Shown here one piece after another: positions 22,644 through 37,400 of a DNA stretch of 64,000 nucleotides (position 1 is its first letter; each line of letters opens with the position of its first letter). The notes under the pieces are model-generated. The model worked only from the letters and a program-made list of their open reading frames with translations, was not told where the DNA came from and did not search any database. The translations under genes and the position numbers were made by a program. Source of the DNA: Laetmonice hystrix (taxonomy: Eukaryota); assembly GCA_965235115.1 (NCBI GenBank), contig OZ249436.1, forward strand, positions 35,776,001 to 35,840,000, given 5' to 3'.

Positions 22644-25600
22644 CGTCTCTTTGAATCTTGCTGTCTCACTTGCATGGCAATCATTAGGTTGTTTACTAAA
22701 CTCTAAAGGCCTTTGTATTATACATGTATATAAATCAAATTTACAGTATTTACTTTGAGTATGCTTTTTATCTTGTGGTCGCCTTGGGTAGTTATTCTCT
22801 TAAATTACGATGGTGGGTGTACATACAGTATATAGGTCGCAATCAGCGGTGTGGATTGTGTACATAATACTAGTAGTACATGTACTCGGTATCACAGAAC
22901 TTTGGCGTTTGAATACGGTCCTTTGAATTTAAAGGGTGACTCAATGGATGAATTATACTCGCATGGCTTAGGTGCACGAACACAACAGATGAGGTCAAAG
23001 CAAGTGGACCGCACAACCAAACTTGTAATAAAAACTACATAGAGTTTGATCATTTGTTGTATCCATGATGACATTTGGTTTTGTGCCGTATTCATGTGCC
23101 AGGCATCTTGTTCCATACTTTCGCAAAGTGAAGGACCCTCATCCCATTATGTATAATTTTGTATTTCAGCGATACTGTTATACTGCCATTAACCTTTGGT
23201 GAATTCCATTGTGACTTATCATTATGGGACATTTAATAAATTTTTACCCTTTTGACTTCATGTACAGAAATCCTTTTTCCACTGGACTAACAATACTTGT
23301 AGATAAGACATATTTCACCCCCCCCCCCAAAAAAAAAACCCGACCATACGCTGACTAAATCTTTAATTAGTTCAAAGATATGTCAAAAGGACATCGACAT
23401 GCCTTATCACTATCTAGTGGGGCCCCTTGCACCCGAGACGTGCACTAGAGACGATGCAACAATTGGGAACACGTGTCCTAAACTTGGACGGACCATTCTG
23501 GCACGTACACCACGTGTGATAACTCCTCGCAATCACTGTCACATTCAGAAAAATTATCCATGTTTTAGACAGAAGTTCTAGATTTGCGTCTAGAGTTGGT
23601 CTAGGCCTAGTGTTATGTCGTGATGCAGTGCTGCTGGCTGCTCTATAATACACAATGGGCCTTTGATGAAAATCAAATGATGCCTCAAGGCATCATCCAG
23701 CCCCCTGCCTGGGAATGCTTGGAAGGAAACATGGGTCCTTAAATGGGTTAAGAGGCAGATAGAATTGCTGTTTTATGCATGAATGGGAAATTGATAGCCA
23801 AAGCTTAATATATTATTATTAAAGGAATGAATCCAAAAATCTAGCCACTGGTACTAGTTTTCAAATGGGAGAAAGCTGGAATTCATGTAAAGGCGGCCGT
23901 CCACTAGAGGGTTTTCTTGCACAAGTTTGCTGTCTGAGAGTAACTCGCAAGTGCACATCTCCTTGGGAGTAGCTGTCTGACAGTAACTGATTAAAGATGG
24001 GTGAGAGCTCAAAATATGTGACTTATGGGACCAAACGATTGTGACTTATGGCACAGCATTTGACAGTAGAGTTGAGATTTTCCAAGCAAACATAATCTGA
24101 TGCTTTTGAAGGAGTAACCAAATAAAACTTTTTTTGAAACCTTTTCAAAGAGATTTATCATCCTCTGTCTCTCTGCACAGTTTGTAGCAACCATAACTGA
24201 CTTATGAGAAACAAATCACTGAGACCACAAAGTGAGAGCGGTTTGGAATTCAGTTACATGTACGTTTGTTGAAGTTTGGTGGGGAGGTCTGTATCGTTTC
24301 ACGACCCCAATTAAGCAATCCGTGAGTCGGTACTCTTATCTGGCAAGTTCAGGGGTAGGGAAGTGCCTGAAGCGAAGGAACTGCCAGTGCATCTTAAACG
24401 TGGCGTGGGCTAGTGCCCCTCTTGGATTTTTCTTTCAATTCAGGTATACAATTTTGTGGCCAGTGCAGACCATGATGTAACTGTTCAGCCATAAAATAAT
24501 GTATTGGAATATTTCATTCATTGACAGGTGCCTTGATTTCTGTTTTAGTTTTAAATAGAAAATATTAATAGAACGAAACCACACGGCACGTTAACCAACA
24601 ATCTTTTAGAAACTCAAGATCTCTTATTTCTGCAATTGATATACATTGTATCGCTCTTAAACCAAACTGAATTTTATAGATTACAAAAAAGCTATCTTCA
24701 GTAAACAAAGTTGAACTATGAGTATGAATTGCTTTCCGAAAAGATAAGTAAAAATGAATAAATACATTTTTTAAAAGTTTGAGGTTCTTAAAATCGTATT
24801 GATCAGCAACAGGACGTTAAGCATTTTGGGTGTTGCTATAATTTCTTGCTTTGTATATCCTTGGTTTGAGAGCTTATATTTTACCACATGTGCCTTTAAA
24901 CAATCTGTGGGCCAACATTTGTTCTATTGTTTTGATTTTAATTTGCATCCTCTTTTTAGTACTCTGTTGCTTGGAGAATACACAATCTTTGTGTGGTCAT
25001 AAAAATGAGACATGAATTCACTCCTACTGTTGAACCCGAGTGTATTTCACTTCAAAAACTGAGAAGGCTATCGCCTGATTTGTCCTAAACTTAAAACCTG
25101 CACTCTACTCCAGCATGGGATATATGTGTGTAGATCTATCAGACCCTGCTATATGGAGCAGCATGAGGTCGCTCAATATGATGGTATTCCCCATGTTTGA
25201 GGAAAGATCTACAGAACTTTATAGAGTACTTACGCATAATATGCAAAGCTTAGGAAAGGTTCAAATCAAGTTATACATTTACACAATGATTTATTCATAA
25301 GGACTAATAAAATCGAATCAAAGATGATTGACTCACCATTGCTATACAGAAAACATACAAAAGTTATGTTTTCACATATATATTTTGTGATAATTTTTGT
25401 TCGACTGCTGAATTTGAGAACATTTTGTTAGAATGTTCTTAGAAGTAAAAAAAAAACTCATAGAAGTAGTTTGTACACATGTATTATTGTAGGTTCTGCA
25501 TGCAAATTATACATACCTGGCTCAAGCATCATCTTTCATATGTGTCATTTGATTTACCCTTTAATTGTTTTCTGCTGTTCAGGCAGCACCACAAAATATT

Positions 25601-25707
25601 TCCAGATATTAAACCAAGCTACTTGGATCTTATTTTTCTGTTTAGGAGGGTGCTGAATCAAGAGTCTCCGTCATCAATCCTCTGCAGTTGGTATTCTCAT
25701 TGCAAAT

Positions 25708-28155
25708 ATGGCATTCACAGCACGGATGATGAGTTCTGGCAAGCTGGCGGCTGCTACCCTGGTGGGGGCAGGCGCAGTTGCTGCCGGAATTTACGCTAAT
25801 CACAACAGGCAGAGTGCTCGCAACTGGCAGTCAAGTGCACATATGAAGTACCCGGCAAGCTGCAACTACCCGGATCTCTCCAGCCACAACAATGTTATGG
25901 CTGAGTGTCTTACCCCTGATGTAAGTTAATCAGTAGAACATCATCTGGCCAATGTTCGTTGTAATTTTTGTACCGATTACTAAGTAACTTAAATCCTTTT
26001 AGAATAAAGAATGTGTCTCAGGATTCCCATACTTGTACCAAAAAATTCAGGTCGGGAAAGAACCCTGTAAATGTCGAAGTTAAGTTATAAGAACGCTATC
26101 AGGTAAAGGTCAAATTCTTAACGGTATCTTGGAATTGGATGTGAACCAACATCTGCTTGATCAGGCTCACTTGTGCACATAGTTTAGCTATACTGGTAAG
26201 TCGTAGATTTTCTAATGCTAAATATATCTAATGGGAGTGTTCTAAATTACTGTTGAAAGCCATCAGATTAAGAATTAAGGCAAACCTAAATAAAAAGATA
26301 GGTGTATTCAGTCATGTATGCAGAGAAAAGTACAGTAAATGTTCTTTCTTCTTCACCCCTCCAGATGTACATTCATCTGCGTGATAAGGTGACACCAAAT
26401 GGATGCACACTGGACAATTGTATCCAGACAGGAGTTGACAACCCAGGTCATCCCTTCATTAAAACTGTTGGCTGTGTGGCCGGGGATGAGGAAAGCTATG
26501 AGGTATGTATGGGTCCATGGTTTCAGCAACCCCAGGATAAAAACAAAATATGGTAGTTTTAGACACCAGTATTGAACAGGGAAGTGTATGTTACCATCAC
26601 TTATCTTTGTGCAAACCCAGTGCTTTCCCTAACCTGGTTCAGATATTGCCATTCTCTGATTCTGGAGCTAAATCTAGGAGGAAATTGTATTCAATATTGG
26701 TAATGTTCCCTAGACGATTGTGTCCTTGGAAGTCTTGACAATGAAAGTATCGGGTCACTGTTATAATGGGTCAGTGCTTGGCATGTTATCCCAGCACATC
26801 AAATAGTCTTAATTGATTATTCCAGGAACCAAAGTTCTTGTCCTTGCAGTTTTGTCATTCAGATAATAAGAAAAAAGTTCCCTCTCAACTTGATATCCTG
26901 GTACTTGACAAGCCGCATGGGAACTATATCCCGTCATATACCATGATAAGAGATATCAAAGATAAATTTGCTCCTGTTCTCAGGTGTTTGCTGAGTTCTT
27001 TGACAAGGTAATCGACATCCGCATGGGTGGATACAAGCCATGGGACAAGCACACCACTGACCTGGATTTCACCAAAGTCAAGGGCGGAGACTTTGATTCT
27101 AAATATGTTCTATCATCTCGGGTTCGTACCGGGCGTTGCATCCGAGGTCTCACTCTGCCCCCTATCTGCTCCCGTGCTGAGCGCCGTGAAGTGGAACGCG
27201 TTGTAACTGATGCCCTGGGTAACCTGAAAGGGCCACTCCAGGGCAAGTACTACCCTCTGGCCAAGATGACAGACGCCGAGCAGGAACAGCTCATCAATGA
27301 CCACTTCCTTTTCGACAAGCCCGTTTCTCCTCTTCTCCTTGCCTCTGGTATGGCACGTGACTGGCCTGATGCACGTGGCATTTGGTACGTTTTAGATTTG
27401 GGAATTTCAAATAAACACACTGCAATTCAAGCGCAAGATCTGTAAACTATGCTAACTTATGCCTAGTTCCTTTTCAAAAAAAGGAAAGAAAAAATTGTCA
27501 CCATTATAATTTTCCATGGCTCAATTACTACACATGAAATGCTGATTTAAATTACACTGGACGAATGCCTGAATTTTAATTAAGTGAAAAAATATATGCT
27601 AATTTTTTGTCTTAAAATAAAATCATAGTAAGCTCATTTGCTGATGCAACGTGATTTTTCAGGCACAACGATGCCAAAAACTTCCTAGTGTGGGTGAACG
27701 AGGAGGACCACACTCGTGTCATTTCCATGGAGCAAGGAGGCAACATGAAGCGGGTTTTCCAACGTTTCTGTCAAGGCCTGCAAGAGGTGGAGAAGAACAT
27801 CCGTGCACGTGGCTGGGAGTTCATGTGGAACGAGCACCTCGGCTACGTTCTGACCTGTCCAAGCAACCTCGGTACTGGTCTCCGTGCCGGTGTCCACGTC
27901 AAACTCCCCCTTCTCTCTCAAGACCCCCGCTTTGGTGCTGTTCTCAAAACCATGCGCCTGCAGAAACGGGGCACAGGCGGCGTCGACACTGAGGCAACCG
28001 GAGGAGTGTTTGATATCTCTAACGCAGACCGTTTGGGCAAGTCTGAGGTCCAGCTGGTTCAGGGCGTCATTGACGGAGTAAACCTCCTTATTGAAATGGA
28101 AAAAAGGCTAGAAAAGAGGCAGCGCATTGATGATCTTGTGGCACGTGCCAAGTAA
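25708..28155 (+). CDS. CKMT: Mitochondrial creatine kinase (MtCK), 414 aa, 4 coding exons
   Basis: Exons 25708-25920, 26365-26502, 26984-27384 and 27663-28155 total 1245 nt, all GT-AG. CK-specific motifs: [33 protein letters not shown]. The N-terminal basic-plus-hydrophobic presequence ([29 protein letters not shown]), the RGWEFMWN octamer-type Trp and a basic C-terminus indicate the mitochondrial isoform. An acceptor at 25645 implies an upstream non-coding exon; AATAAA at 28776. Confidence 0.95.
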
Positions 28156-30128
28156 ATGTATTCGGTGATCAAAATGAAATGGCCAAATTTTTTTCAAAGG
28201 GAGGCATCTTTTACAACAACCTCAATATGTTTTATATCACCATGACTAGCTCAGACCCAAGTGACATCTCGTCATGCTCATATCAAACTTTTCTATTATA
28301 CTGTTAGCCCCCAGTTATGCAAGTTGATCTGGTTATCAAAATGACAATACACAAGTCAAAAGGAAGTGGAACTGTTTGGAACCATGCGTAAACATGAGCA
28401 CAGCACAGCATTTATTGCACCAGCCTTGGTCGATGTGCTAAATTTAATATTGTACACTCAAAACTGGGCATAGTACTGTTCTAGTACTAGATTGCTAGTT
28501 TGTCGGTTAATATTTCTCTTTGATCTGTTACACATACACTTGTATAATATTGTTATGTGTAAGGGTTTAAATCTCAAGCACAACATTAACTTTCTGGTAA
28601 ATTTATTAGTAGATTTATTGTGTAGACTGTTTAAAAGTCCGCCTTGTACACAACGGTATTTGTCGCAATCAATTGTTTTGTCGTATTGATGGTGGGGGCA
28701 TGAGTGATCAAGTGTCATTACCGATTTTCGGGCAGGCCAACAATTTTCTACGTATTATGTAGGTAACTTAGTCTGAATAAAGCCGGTCATCATTATCATG
28801 TAAACTTGCTTGTTTTCCGTTCATGAAAAAGAGGTACCCAGATATAATTCTTCAGAATAAGTTTTGTTGCGAAATTGTCGAGTGGGAGGAGGGCCCTGTA
28901 AAATCTCGTCCTCTAGCCAAATAGTGACTATCCAGATGCATGGCAGAACATGCAACTTTCCAATCGAGTCGGGGGTGGGGGGGGGGGACTTTTGTTTCTG
29001 CATCCAGCTCTGGCTAGAGAGCATTGGCAAATGATAGTAGTGGTCGTGCCCGGTTGCAGTCTTCCTTTCTATATGGGGAGAATGTCATTAAATGAGAAAC
29101 CAATTCTACCCCATCGTGTAAAAAATCGGGTGTTCCCAATTTATCATAATATTTCCTAGGTGGATTGACACAGCTTGGAATTTTAGTGCAGGCAAAATAT
29201 GGTATGTAGAACCGAAGGAGGGCTAGTTTAATGCAAGAATGGATCCTCGGGCCATATCCCCTGGCACCACGTTGACACTGCATGGCTAAGGGGTGGTTCA
29301 ACATTTTCACAAGCGTACAAAGAGTACTTTTTTTTCTTTTTCTTTATGAACCCCCCCCCCCCCCAAAAAAAAAAACACATAAGGAAATGTCTGAATTTTT
29401 TACATTATTGGATGACCAAGGAGGAGATTAGGTCATTACTTGTGACCACAGTAAACAGAAGAATAGGTCAGGGGTGTAGGGAAGTCCATTAAAAAATATC
29501 CCCATAAAGCCCGTGGTGAGCAGATCTTGTATAAAGAGTTTAGTATGATAGTACATGTACCCTCTTTGCTGTAATCGCTATTCAGTCTTATTTATCACCC
29601 TGTGATTCGCACAAAGGGGAGAGGTTGTACCTTGGCCGCTTGACTAATCAATTACAGATGGACATTTTTCATATCTCAAAAAGCGTACATTGGGTGTTAA
29701 CCCCCCCCCCCCCCCCCCCCTAGCGTACGGTTTGTACGCTTGTGAAAATATTGAAAATGTTGAACCACCCCTAACAATGGCGAATGGTAAAACTACCAAA
29801 GTTGAAATGTGAAAAATAGACAAGTAAAAATGACAGGTAGCATAAGTTGTTTCCAATTTTTGACTTTCCTTTAGTTCATTTTCGAGTCACTTGTCAACAG
29901 TGGTGGTAAGTACAGATCAAAAATGTTGATAAAGCATCATCAATGATGAGTTACGTAAGTGTGGCCTGGTTTACGACCATAAATACAATGTTATCGTTAC
30001 AATCGGTTTGCACACACCCGGCGGCCCTAACAAACGTTCCCGGAATATGTCTCCTGTTCATCTGACAAGTCTTTCCCTCTACTGGCAGTCACATGTAGTA
30101 CCGTAAATTGCATCAACCATTTTAAAAT

Positions 30129-30555
30129 AAGCCGACATGTCCACTAAGCCGATTTGGACGTTGTATGGGTATCGGCGAGAGTCCCACGATTCGTGGGGAA
30201 AATCGTCTTAGTGACACAGCCACACGATTTGACACACGACAATCATGTGGCTCCTGTGATGTAGGGGCTTATCGCCAACAAGACTTGATAAATCCAATCA
30301 TCGTGTTCAAGTCACACAATAAGGAGTCACCCTCTATATTAAATTTCAGTAACTAACGTTACATTGCCACAATCAGAACCCGCTGAGTGGACACACTCAC
30401 ACGACATCCAACCGACGTCATGCAGGAAAAAAGTGTGAAACTATCGTGGTAGTGGACAGTATGAAATTGTATGGGGCCATTGGTCTGCTGGACTGGCCGA
30501 TGCCCATACGATTTCATCCCCGACAAAAAAATCGGCTTAGTGGACACCCGGCTTT
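30129..30555. mobile_element. MITE, PIF/Harbinger-like
   Basis: Inverted ends AAGCCGacaTGTCCACTAAGCCGATTT / AAATCGGCTTAGTGGACAccCGGCTT, plus a subterminal inverted pair GTATGGGTATCGGC / GCCGATGCCCATAC. Confidence 0.75.
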
Positions 30556-31426
30556 ACCCTCACATGCTCCTCTCAAGTCATTACAAACCATTCCATTTGC
30601 TATCAGTTTTAAAACAGTATCCCCCTCCTTACCACTCCAAATCATCACACATTACCAACAAACTGTCCCTCTAATAGCTAATACAGAACAGCGATATATG
30701 ACTGGTGCTCTTTTAAAGAAAGACTTGTTAAGTATCACTTTATGGCTTTCAGCACAACATGCATGTCTCCTGCATCATCACAGTCTGCCAAACTAGTCTA
30801 ATTAAATCCGTGCCATTCGATCGGTATCATAATTACACACTTGTGTATGATCCTAGTCACACTGCGTGGAGGTACCTGGACTGATACCTGCACTACAGTT
30901 ATACACCAAACTACAGGGGGGGTCCGCTTACATTAATATTACAACGAAGACGCATATCACCAGTGCAAAGAGGTCGCATTTGGTGTGGTGTGACAACACA
31001 AACCTGCGACATTGGAAGGAGGCAGGCCCAGGTTCAGTATCTGATTTCTTGTTTCAATGTACCACACTTTGCCTCTTCTAAAGCGGTTATACAACATTTA
31101 TGCACATTTAGTACCTTTTTCTTCCATGAATCAACAGTTTCCAAGGGTTTCATAAATTTCACATGCTATACCTCTGGATATTATTGATAATATTTGATTA
31201 TTGGGAATTTTAGACGATGCTTCTTTGTTTCCAGTTTACATGATTATTCGGGACCTAAACTACTGATACCTCAAAAACATTTTCAATTTACTTTTTCTTT
31301 TTTTCTTTAGTTTCATCATGTCATGTACGAAGTTTCTACATCCGTGCTAAACACTGCTTCAGCTAAGTTTTTACGTTTCCTTTTTACGTTTACGTTACCC
31401 ACAAGATACATAACTGAAGCCCAAAA

Positions 31427-34400
31427 TTAATTGAAGAAATAGCGGACAGGTGGACCCATCTCATCATCTTCTGTTCCTTTGTAGGACACGACAAGGTCTA
31501 CATACTTCTTCCCTGGTGGTGGCTTTAATAACTTCGTCATCCTGCAATATGTGGTTTGGACATATACAATGCTGAATTCCCTGTAGCAACCTTATCCTAA
31601 TAAATAAATAAGAATACCACCAATATTTGTATGCCGTTATACTCTTATCCCTAATTTTTTCTCCTCTGCACTTTGAATAGATTTACCAATTATAATAGAA
31701 ATATCAATGTCAAAACCTAACATAGGTATACATTCTACCAACTTGACAAACTTCCACTATTACTCACGTTTGTGGCAAGCGTTTTTTGTGACCAGGCATG
31801 ATGGGAACATAGATCATCTTCACTCCGTGAACTACCATAGTCGCTTCTACATCATGTTTTTCCTGCACATCAAATACAATAAAAAATTTCAGAGCATAGA
31901 ATATGTATCTACAGACCTAAGGGGTTTATTCAATATGGGACTTTCTATTGGCTTTGTGGCCTATCAGCCCTAACGATTAGCTTTGGCAAAAAACACAACA
32001 AAGAGACAATATTTTGTCCTTACCTTGAAATAGTTAAGGAGGTCTTGTAGAGTGAAATCCTTGTGGCCAGTGACATTCCACCGGTCCCAGATGGTGTAAG
32101 TCATACCACAACTGTGTAATGGCAAACATGTACTTTCTTAGAGAAGAAAAAAATCCTTTGCCTTAAATATGCTTTTAATGAGTGAATAATTTCTTTGCAA
32201 CCGATTTGTAACAGACTTAAGACCTTTGTCAATCCTAGATATCCGAACCCTTCTATGCTCTTCCTGGTTGCTTACTTCATGGTAGTCTTTACTGCTGGTC
32301 CGGGTTCAGACATGAGTATCACAGGCAGTCCGAGGTTGAGGAAACAGTTCTTGTAATGCTCAATGGGGGCGCTCTTCAACAGCTTAACCAGCTCAACTGA
32401 CACCTAGCGGTAAAAAGAGACATTAACAATAATGTACTCACTGCAATGAAGCAAACAATGCAATGAAAGCATAAAGAAACTTTTAACGCTGCCGTTTAAG
32501 AAATCTGTGAATCAACTTTCTTGTCTATAGGTTTATATTAACAGCTGCACAATTTACCAATGTTTATTGATACATTTAAATATGTGCCTTACAACTTAAA
32601 ACATTAACAAAGCAAACATACGAGGCCTGCTACAGCTGCTGTGGTAGTTGCAATTGCTGGTACAATTCGTCCCGCAATACGCTTCGTCTTCAGGCGATCG
32701 GAACTTTCAATATTGTACATTGTCCCACGGAGATTCTTTTGTGAGAAACACATCACCTCAGTAAATTGATGCATCTACTACATTCTTTATCATATAGTTT
32801 ATGATATAAAGCTATCAGGTAGTAACATGTTGGGACAACCTTAAAAACTTTTATAAAATCTCATAAATAAATCTGCTGTGTCATACAATTTGATACAAAT
32901 ATCACACAAAAAGATTTCACGACTTACAAGGAGAATTAACAAAGTTATAAAACCTAATGTGGACTTACAGCTGCTGCAGTAATGAAATCAATGTGGCCAT
33001 TACTGTCGTCATCTTTCTCAAACACTTGAGGCCTCATCTGGCAAAACACTAGAAAACAAATCAAAATACATTTACTACACCCATGTCCCCCACTTATTTT
33101 ATTAGCACAAATTTATTTGTATATTTTCCAATAATTTTTATTTTTTATTTATGCATACACAGTAGCAACGCACAGTAACATACACAAATCGACACAGATA
33201 AAATAATAATTACAAGAACAGTACACATTCATTACATATAGATATAGATAAACATACCAGGCACACATTTTACAACATCATGGTACAATACAATTTATTT
33301 GTAACATTTAGTAGTGTTGAAAGTTTCAGATTTACTTGCAAAGTGATAAAACCAAGAGCTCTGTAAAAGTCAAAATCATTTGGAGGCGCTCCACTTTGTT
33401 TTCTCTTTTCAAAACCAACATTATACAGAAGCCTTACCTTTCGTTGTTGCGTCCGGCCTCTCCAGTGCCTGACTGATACGTCTTGCTGCATCTTCCAGTT
33501 CATCCCCGCTCCCAGGCTCTGTACTATCAGGTTTTGTGGCGTTTTCATCAGTTTCTATTAACTACCAGTTCAAGCAAAAATTTGTTTAAAACTTCTGGCA
33601 AAGGGGTATATTACAACTTTGCAATGTGATGCTTTCTACCTTACTTACTTTGTCAGGCCTCTATTCTCTTAAGTGAACCTAAGAGGATAACGTATAATAA
33701 TATTTTCTTTGGGTGAATTTTGTCATTCATTTTATATACCAGTAAGGGCAATTGAAATACATGTAGGCGCGGCGGAGTATAGGACGCTGGCGGCCATCTT
33801 GGGTAAAAAAGTAGCATCTTATTCTCCGCGATTTACGGTACATGTAGTTATAAATTAGAAAAATTCCCAAATTTCCATTCAGATTTCTAAATACCAAACG
33901 CTTTGGATGGTTTATATCCAGCTGACCTTTCCTTTGCTGGGGTTAAATTCTGGCACGTGCACACCAGCCACAATAACCCTTATACGCTCCTTGAGCATAT
34001 CCTGTAAAATGGGCATACATAGAAGACTGTCATATGAGAAGCAGAAATTAAGCGACAGGTTTGTAATTTTACCTTTAAGGTTTGCTAAATTCACTTATCA
34101 ACTTCTTATATAAAATATATGTAAAAACATCTATATACCAGATGATAATAGATGGAGGATAACAAACAAAAGAGTTAATTATGTTAACAAATGCAAATGG
34201 CATGGATACCTCTGAAGTAGTCTTCACCCCACAAACATTGGCATAGAGTTTTGCAGCAGCTATTATAAATAATAAATGCCTGAAATAAATATAAAGACAT
34301 TAACTTTATTAAGAGATTAAGAAAAAATGATAAGGATATCGAAAAATGGAAAAACCACATTTACCGTATTTAAAAAAAATACGAATCTGAAAATCTGCTC

Positions 34401-37400
34401 ACAGCTCATTATCTGGATCAAAGTCTAATGGAGTTGGAGGACGTTTTGGTGACTGCCAGAACAGAGCTGAAGAACAAAACAGAAATAGATGACATCCACG
34501 TATACATGAGGCTTTCTCTTGTTCAGAAGCTATGCCAGCAAGGAAAATGACTTACATCCATCCTTGAGCTGAGTGTTGAGAGGAAAGGCATGTAGCAGAT
34601 GTCGTGCCTTGTGGTTGAAATACTTTTCAAACTTGGTTCGGGCGTGGATGACACACATGTGCCAGGTACCTGGTCGACCATAGGCCAGCTTACTGACCTG
34701 TACAGCTCCTTCCATCGACTGACCACTACCCAGCCTCTGTCAAACACAAATCCTAATTGATATCACAGTTTTAATATCAGAATCTGACTTGCTTTCTTGG
34801 TAAACATTTTAAATCGGAGATCCTACTTTTGTTTTTGCAGCATTTATCCAGAAACGAAGTCCACATAGCAATATAATATCCCACAGCTCAGAGCTTGATG
34901 TTGCTATTTTCAAAAGGGGCTTTCTTGTGACCTACTTGAGCTTACTAAAAAAGGGTGGTCACAGCTATAAATCAGGCACTTTGATCTGAGCATGAACAAA
35001 AGCTTACTTCCTTGATAATCCTGACTACTCAAGTAAATCAACACATTACTAGTAACAACACACTGAATGCCTTCAAACAGACTAGACTAACATCTACTGG
35101 GACTGCACAAATCCTCTGGTGAGGAGTCCTAGTACATCACCTACCTCTACAGCCTCTTGTGGCGAGGATAAGGACAACCAAAACTTGTTATATAATGCAG
35201 GTTTCTGAGCAAAGGCGCTTTCAAACTTGTCCCTGGCCCACTGTATGCAGTGTTCAATGGTAGCAGGGAAGGACTTTAGAGTGCAGTAGGGGACATCTTC
35301 ATCGTGAGGATCTGACTGACTTGTGTAGGATTCCGTCAGATGTGGTACGATGATTTGAACATGACCTTTGGCTCCCATGGTGCCCGATTCTAACAGGGGA
35401 CGCTGATTGGTCACACACCGACTGCATACATAACCAAGGCAGATTTTTACATACAAGGAATAATACAAAGTTACAGAATAAACAAAAAAATAAAGCAAGC
35501 TCTATATATGTATGATTTCGATCTAGATCTTTTATATGAGAGAAATTGTTCAGGAATCAGCATGCAGAGGAGTGCTACACTTTTGGTTTTAGTTCAGTTA
35601 CCGGCACTTCCATTATTAAACTAGTCATTTCTTGAATTCATTTGCCCCTTTGTTTCCAATATATTTAAATGGTGTCAACTCAAATCCTGTTACAACCGAC
35701 CTGTCCATGTAGCGACGGGCTTCAACATTGTCCAAAGCATTAATAACAATTTGCTGGGCACAGAAGAAATCATCTGTATATACTGTACTCTCCGTCTGAG
35801 GGCAAACTACAAGAAGAACCATAACAACAAATTAACAATGCCTTGATTCACTCGTGGATAAAACAATAAAGCTTTGTTCCACCTCTTAGATGAACAGTAA
35901 AAAGGAAGGTTACCAATCAAGCATTCAAAGTACTGATGAGCCTCTGAAGAGACTGCCATTTATCCAAAAATCAAGACACAGTAAGCAATAGGTATACATG
36001 TATCTCATGATGCATACCTTTGTGTTGCTGAGCATCTATATAGAGAGCTGCAAAATTGAAAAAAAAGAACAACGGGTAAATACATGTAGTTGACCATGCC
36101 CAACCCTTTTTGGCTTACTTGTATATCACACAAATCAATTAACACAAGGGAAGAATAATGTATTGAATACATTATTTTACAATGTTGATATTTTTTTAAT
36201 TTGACACCATTTACCCTAAAACATGTTCCATTCTACCAAATCACATGGAATCGTGATTCAAGTGATTCATATAATTATCTGTCCACATCTGATATGACTC
36301 TGCAATTGGTAAAGTGTTATCCTTATTGCATTTATTTTTTAGGTTAATTAAACATATTTTGATCAATTTTGGAACCAAGCACTGAATTCACCGGGAATCA
36401 TGAGAGTAAAATTCCATCAATTGAACAAAAATCACCAGCTTCAAACCATCATCATCTTATTATCTCAATACCTACCCGGATTAATTTCCTTTGCTGATGA
36501 AGCAGCTGTTGTACTCTTTGGGTGCTGGAAAGAATCATCATCATAGCATTAAGCAGTCATACTTGCAAATGTTAATAATCTGACTTTGCCACTCATTTTT
36601 ATATGTTTTTCTTGGGTGGGTTTAGCCAGTTGGCCACAGTCATCAACAAAACTCTCTCTCAAGTTAAAGAACCGTTTTCAAAGGATTAAAACTCTCTTCC
36701 AAAAACGCTACACTCCCAACAATCTTGCCATAAAAAGACAAAGACTTTTTGCTGTTGCTTCATTCCTGTACTCTTGGGTAAAGTTGAAAATAGCCCTTTC
36801 ATGGTAAAAACTTGATAGATAGAGTACCTACTCTTATATGATGAGGTCGGAAAAGGAACTGTCTGTTCAAATTCGACTTCTCTATTAGGTCATTATCTGT
36901 AATTGTAATCTGCAAACAAAGACAAGATCAAAAACATTACTGATCACAGGAAAAGAGTTTTCAACTTAAGACATGGAGTACAATGCTGTTCATCACATAC
37001 TTCTACGTCAATCAGTGAAAGCAAGTACAAACATAACGAACCTGGCCATTGCTGGCTCTCCCTGCACCCAGAAGGGCATAGTTCTTCAGCATCTCACATC
37101 CTATAGCTCCACAACCAACCTAGAATATCAATCAAAACACACAGAACATGTGAATACACAACTAGCAAGAGCAATTCGATTCAAAACTACCTGAAACTAA
37201 ATAGCTCAATATAGAGTCATGTTATGTCCTTTTCTGTCTTTCTCTTTTTAGCATAAATAAGACTGCCATGATACAACATCATTCTCACCATAAACAATCT
37301 AAGATCTGCCAATTTCCTACAAAGGTCCTCGCCAACACATATTCTTAATGCATCGTATCTGTTGCCACTATAAAGAAAGGGGACAGTAAGGTTAACACAG

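Noticed and set aside
22297..23116. Coding-looking fragments around the 22507 MITE (including ORF 22892-23116)
   Set aside because: Stops in all frames and no recognisable domain; neither a gene nor a pseudogene call can be supported.
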